DNA of 10,345 nucleotides from a virus: UHGV virus genome UHGV-0795596; one strand, 5' to 3'. Shown piece by piece: positions 7,171 to 10,345 of this stretch (position 1 is its first letter; each line of letters starts with the position of its first letter). The notes under the pieces were generated by a model. It saw only the letters and a program-made list of their open reading frames with translations, ran no database searches and was not told where the DNA came from. The position numbers and the translations under genes were made by a program.

Positions 7171-7761
7171 ATGGCTGAACGTTGGACTAAAGAAGGTATT
7201 ATTGAATCCAAAACGGATTTAGAAGGCGGGTACGTCAACGACCCTGACGACTTAGGTGCAGAAACGAACCACGGTATCACGGTAACGACTGCACGTGAGT
7301 ATGGTTATAAAGGGAAAATGAAAGACCTTACCCGTGTTCAAGCTTTTGACATTTACGATCGTGGTTGGTGGAAGAAACTCAAACTCGATGAGATTTTTGC
7401 TATCTCGCCTTTACTGGCTGACCGGATGTTTGATTTCGGAATTAACGCAGGTCGTGCCAACTGCGTGAAATCGCTCCAGCGTATTCTCAACGTGTTGAAC
7501 AACGAAGGTAAACTCTACGCGGACATCGATGCTGACGGTGGAATGGGGCCTAAAACGCTGGGCGCGTTGAACGCGTATCTGAAATACCGTAAAGATAAAG
7601 GGTTAAGCATTTTAATCTTTGCGTTAATCTCGCACCAAGTAACTTACTACACGGAAATCTCCGAAAAACGTAAGAGAAACGAGAAATACACCTACGGCTG
7701 GTACGGCCGCGTGTTCAGAGAAATGGCAGATTATGCGGTGAAAGCGGGGTTAGTAAAATGA
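7171..7761 (+). CDS. endolysin: glycoside hydrolase family 108 N-terminal domain plus PG_binding_3-type peptidoglycan-binding domain (196 aa)
   Basis: N-terminal 'LEGGYVNDPDDLGAETNHGIT' matches the GH108 signature (EGGY with catalytic Glu, then D.G..T..GIT). C-terminal 'YGWYGRV' matches the PG_binding_3 signature. SD GGGAG at 9 nt before ATG. No signal peptide or TM segment. Assigned from remembered family motifs, not a search. Confidence 0.8.
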   Translation: MAERWTKEGIIESKTDLEGGYVNDPDDLGAETNHGITVTTAREYGYKGKMKDLTRVQAFDIYDRGWWKKLKLDEIFAISPLLADRMFDFGINAGRANCVKSLQRILNVLNNEGKLYADIDADGGMGPKTLGALNAYLKYRKDKGLSILIFALISHQVTYYTEISEKRKRNEKYTYGWYGRVFREMADYAVKAGLVK

Positions 7762-7862
7762 ACTGGTTTGCTAAACTCTTAGTGTTATTGTGGAAAGCGT
7801 TAACGTCTGGTCGAAAACGTAAAGACGAAAAACGTGGGCAAGAATTCTTCTGGTTTTTGTAA
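7758..7862 (+). CDS. small ORF (34 aa, MNWFAKLLVLLWKALTSGRKRKDEKRGQEFFWFL): amphipathic hydrophobic N-terminus, Lys/Arg-rich centre, aromatic C-terminus; candidate lysis accessory peptide
   Basis: ATG 7758 overlaps the endolysin stop TGA 7759-7761 (ATGA coupling). Ends TAA 7860-7862, just before the SD of the next gene. Absent from the ORF track because of its length; translation done by hand. Confidence 0.4.
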   Translation: MNWFAKLLVLLWKALTSGRKRKDEKRGQEFFWFL

Positions 7863-7877
7863 GGAAAGGTGTGGGTA

Positions 7878-8543
7878 ATGGAAAAGCTTCAATATAAACG
7901 TTTAGATAATAAGTGGTTTGTATTAACGGAGGATTACCATTATCCGTTTACGTTACGTGAGATTTATCACGACCACGTACACTTAGACCGTGCGGTTTAT
8001 TTAACCGGTGTATTACCTGACACGCAACTGTGGTTAACCGCTCCGAAAGGGTTCGTAACGGACTTAGCGTCGATACCCGAACGCTTACAGGGAATTTTCC
8101 ATCCTGACGGGCCTTGGGCACCGGCTGCGTGTATTCACGACTTACTCTATCAAAAATGTAACACGGAGCGTAGCTATCCCATGACACCGGGTGGTAACGT
8201 TTCGCGTATTATCGATAAAGAGTTCTCTGACTTAACATTCCTGCGTATTATGCAGTCGTTGGAAATCTCGCCTTATATCTGCCAAACATTTTATAAGGCC
8301 GTTGTTGAATTCGGCTGGGATGCCTACGTAGATCCTAATGCAAAACCATCCTACAGCACTAACGCGTTTCGTACGTTAGATTACAATCGAAACTATTTAT
8401 TCGTTCGCGAGTTTAAGGAACCTGCAATCCCTAACCACGAACGTATTGATATCACCACAGAACAACCCGTTAATGTCAAATACCTGAACATCAAACGCGC
8501 TTTTCTGTCAGGGAGGGAAGATGTTTCATCCAAATCCGAGTAA
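7878..8543 (+). CDS. DUF1353-like protein (221 aa)
   Basis: SD AAGGAAAGG (7861-7869) 8 nt before ATG 7878; the track ORF opens at GTG 7869. Core 'GFVTDLASIP...AACIHDLLY' matches the remembered DUF1353 signature (TDGASIP ... HD.LY). No TM segment. Confidence 0.6.
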   Translation: MEKLQYKRLDNKWFVLTEDYHYPFTLREIYHDHVHLDRAVYLTGVLPDTQLWLTAPKGFVTDLASIPERLQGIFHPDGPWAPAACIHDLLYQKCNTERSYPMTPGGNVSRIIDKEFSDLTFLRIMQSLEISPYICQTFYKAVVEFGWDAYVDPNAKPSYSTNAFRTLDYNRNYLFVREFKEPAIPNHERIDITTEQPVNVKYLNIKRAFLSGREDVSSKSE

Positions 8544-9036
8544 TTTTAAACTCAGAGAGTTAGTACCACAGTCTTATATTGCCAAATACGGCGATTCTGC
8601 AATCCGGTTTATGAACCCGTTGTTAATGATTTCGCTACAACAGATTCGTAATCGTTTCGGTAGAATGGTGATTAACTCAACCGCTTCACAACAACGCGGA
8701 CTAAGAACCTTAGATTTCTTTATTAATCAAGAAAAGCCTAAGGGTGGTAGTTATAAACAACGTGCGTTACAGCTTTACGCCGATTCAGGAAGTCAGCACA
8801 AATTCGGTAACGCCATTGATGCAACGTTGTTGGATAGCACCGTAAAACAGGTTCACGACTATATCGCTGCTAACCCCGACGAGTTTCCGTTCATTCACTT
8901 TATTGAATGTGACATCAGTTGGTTACACATCGACGTTCGTAACCAGCCTAACATTACTTTCTGGTCACCAAATCGTGGCACTGTGAAGGTTGTTAAGCAA
9001 AAACCAATCGATTGGAGCGCCTTAGTCGAGATTTAA
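8521..9036 (+). CDS. peptidase M15-type zinc peptidoglycan peptidase-like protein (171 aa)
   Basis: 'SQHKFGNAIDAT' fits the M15 zinc-binding motif S-x-H-x-x-G-x-A-x-D, and a downstream 'SWLHIDV' supplies a candidate third His ligand. SD GGGAGGG 3-4 nt before ATG. Starts 23 nt inside the DUF1353 CDS (coupled). Confidence 0.6.
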   Translation: MFHPNPSNFKLRELVPQSYIAKYGDSAIRFMNPLLMISLQQIRNRFGRMVINSTASQQRGLRTLDFFINQEKPKGGSYKQRALQLYADSGSQHKFGNAIDATLLDSTVKQVHDYIAANPDEFPFIHFIECDISWLHIDVRNQPNITFWSPNRGTVKVVKQKPIDWSALVEI

Positions 9037-9119
9037 CTATTTCTAAGGTGTTTATACCTTAATTTGTATAAAGACGCTTAGAACGCGTTTTACGCACGAT
9101 TTAGCGGTTAAAATGAATA

Positions 9120-9153
9120 TACCCTACTCCCGATAAGGAGTAGGGTAGTTTTT
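9120..9153. terminator. bidirectional rho-independent terminator (stem TACCCTACTCC / GGAGTAGGGTA, loop CGATAA, then GTTTTTA)
   Basis: Perfect 11-bp hairpin between convergent genes (plus-strand CDS ending 9036, minus-strand CDS ending 9155). T-run on the plus side; T-containing tract on the minus side. Confidence 0.75.
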
Positions 9154-9154
9154 A

Positions 9155-9634
9155 TTATTCCGCAGGATGGAGCATTGTTCCAGTGTCAGGAGCTACACCT
9201 TCCTTACAGTGGAAGAAAGTAATGCCTTTACCATCACCCGTTTTATATTCTAAAGTAGAATACGCAAATGTTGGTGTTTTTGAAAGTAACCCATTTACAC
9301 GGTAGTAACGTTGTCCCGTGATAGGATCGATATTCCCATTAACTTTACCTAATAGATCTTTATAAAGTTGGGGTGACTCAATCTTACCATTTGGCCAGGT
9401 GGCTACCCAGTTAGCACCAGTATCGATTACAGTTACTGAGCCTAACATTAGGTTAGTCGAATTGACGACAGGTTTATAATTTACAAAATCTTGCTCTACA
9501 CCCATACAGGTGTAAATAACCATGTCGTGTGGCTCTACGGGTACAGTCGAGAATTGACCGTTAGCGGTGGGTTGTAGGGCACAGCTTGCCAACGAAAGTG
9601 CTGCAGTTACAACAAGTAGAAAACGTTTTAGCAT
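9155..9634 (-). CDS. predicted lipoprotein (159 aa precursor; signal peptide MLKRFLLVVTAALSLA, lipobox L-A-S-C with Cys18, +2 residue Ala suggests outer-membrane sorting)
   Basis: The only convincing minus-strand gene. Minus-strand SD AAGGGTGA 5 nt before ATG. Classic n-region, h-region and lipobox. Two more Cys residues in the mature part. Bounded by its own terminator and a divergent promoter region. Confidence 0.8.
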   Translation of the reverse strand: MLKRFLLVVTAALSLASCALQPTANGQFSTVPVEPHDMVIYTCMGVEQDFVNYKPVVNSTNLMLGSVTVIDTGANWVATWPNGKIESPQLYKDLLGKVNGNIDPITGQRYYRVNGLLSKTPTFAYSTLEYKTGDGKGITFFHCKEGVAPDTGTMLHPAE

Positions 9635-9772
9635 GTTTTCACCCTTCTATAAAAAGTTAAAAATAATAATTTTACAGACAACCCTTACTGCTGTCTGTCA
9701 TAACTATTAACAACACTTCTATAATCCGAACAATACTATGCAAACCACCCATACTACTTACGAGGTAAAACA
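9635..9772. promoter_or_regulatory. divergent intergenic control region: plus-strand -10 TATAAT (9720-9725), repeated 'cttctataa' motif (9643-9651 and 9716-9724), and a 7-bp inverted repeat ACAGACA...TGTCTGT (9675-9699)
   Basis: All elements read directly from sequence. SD GAGGT is 6 nt before ATG 9773. No good -35 hexamer at 17-bp spacing, so promoter strength and type are uncertain. Confidence 0.35.
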
Positions 9773-10303
9773 ATGGCTAAAACTTTTCAACAGCAGCTTA
9801 TCGAGATTGTAATTGCTAAAAACAACCAAACTGCTTCTAAGCTGACTGTAAATGATGTTAATTTTAGTGCTGTCGCTGAGTTCACCGGAGAAGCTGGCCG
9901 CAACACTAAAATTACTCTGACCGCCAAGGCAGAAAGCCAGAACTTCAAAGGCGAGAAAGAATTCCACTATACTCGTCTTTCCTGCGACATCGTTGGTGAA
10001 GTTGAAGTAACTGCACCTACTACCGATTTCGATTCACCAACGAAGATCCTGGCGAAAGTTAACGCAGCCATGGCTGAGAAAGGGTACACCGATGACGAGT
10101 TCGGTGAAAACGACCTGCAAACTATTTCCCGTGAAGAAGAAGGCAAAACCATTTACGTGGTAACGGTTGTGGCTGGCCACTTGAAGTTCCTGCCTGGTAC
10201 TGTCGCGACGTATAAAGTTACTCCTCCGGCTCCTGAGAAAGTAGCACTGAGCGGTTTGGAAGGTGAACTGGATGGCTTCACCGCACCGTCTCCTAAAGAA
10301 TAA
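9773..10303 (+). CDS. hypothetical protein (176 aa), probably highly expressed; distant third member of the 5747/6609 paralog family
   Basis: ATG 9773 with SD GAGGT. Codon choice is visibly more host-optimal than neighbours (Leu mostly CTG, Arg CGT, Gly GGT/GGC). N-terminal 'LI..V..KNN...LTVNDV......G...T.ITLTAK......Y.R' resembles the 5747 and 6609 N-termini. Confidence 0.75.
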   Translation: MAKTFQQQLIEIVIAKNNQTASKLTVNDVNFSAVAEFTGEAGRNTKITLTAKAESQNFKGEKEFHYTRLSCDIVGEVEVTAPTTDFDSPTKILAKVNAAMAEKGYTDDEFGENDLQTISREEEGKTIYVVTVVAGHLKFLPGTVATYKVTPPAPEKVALSGLEGELDGFTAPSPKE

Positions 10304-10345
10304 TTAAATCACGATCTGCGTGGTCGGCGTCTCTCAAGGCACACA

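Noticed and set aside
6758-7280. Minus-strand ORFs 6758-7129 (123 aa) and 6993-7280 (95 aa)
   Set aside because: They are antisense to the 6609 CDS and to the endolysin start and run straight through the terminator hairpin at 7110-7147; implausible as genes.
7948-8187. Minus-strand 79-aa ORF antisense to the DUF1353 CDS
   Set aside because: Embedded antisense ORF with no start signals.
9155-9634. The lipoprotein as the outer-membrane spanin of the lysis cluster
   Set aside because: It is 159 aa, not proline-rich, on the opposite strand with its own promoter and terminator, and has no embedded or adjacent inner-membrane spanin partner.
9758-10152. Minus-strand ORFs 9758-9967 and 9967-10152 antisense to the 9773-10303 CDS
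   Set aside because: The plus-strand gene has strong SD, -10 element and optimal codon usage; the antisense frames have none.
1-10345. CRISPR array, IS element or transposase, integrase or attachment site
   Set aside because: No spaced direct repeats, no terminal inverted repeats flanking an ORF, and no protein with recombinase or transposase-like motifs. The within-gene repeats found are coding tandem duplications, not mobile-element repeats.

Overview
The window is a compact, almost entirely plus-strand array of about 19 short ORFs with Shine-Dalgarno sites, start/stop overlaps of 1-29 nt (ATGA, TAATG) and four clean intrinsic terminators. This is the architecture of a virulent dsDNA phage (or a prophage segment) infecting a Gram-negative host; the host inference rests on the SD sequences, an enterobacterial-type lipobox and a GH108-type lysin. 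I cannot assign the phage to a taxon from sequence alone, and no database search was run. Only four products are recognisable from motifs read by eye: a GH108 + peptidoglycan-binding endolysin (7171-7761), a DUF1353-like protein (7878-8543), a peptidase-M15-type zinc peptidoglycan peptidase (8521-9036) and a lipoprotein encoded on the opposite strand (9155-9634). Everything else is hypothetical, but several structures stand out: a 34-aa amphipathic ORF overlapping the endolysin stop, two paralogous gene families, two proteins with internal duplications, and near-identical translation-initiation leaders. No rRNA, tRNA, CRISPR array, IS element or integrase was seen. The best candidates for something undescribed are the holin-less lysis-type cluster with its small overlapping peptide, and the divergently transcribed lipoprotein cassette.
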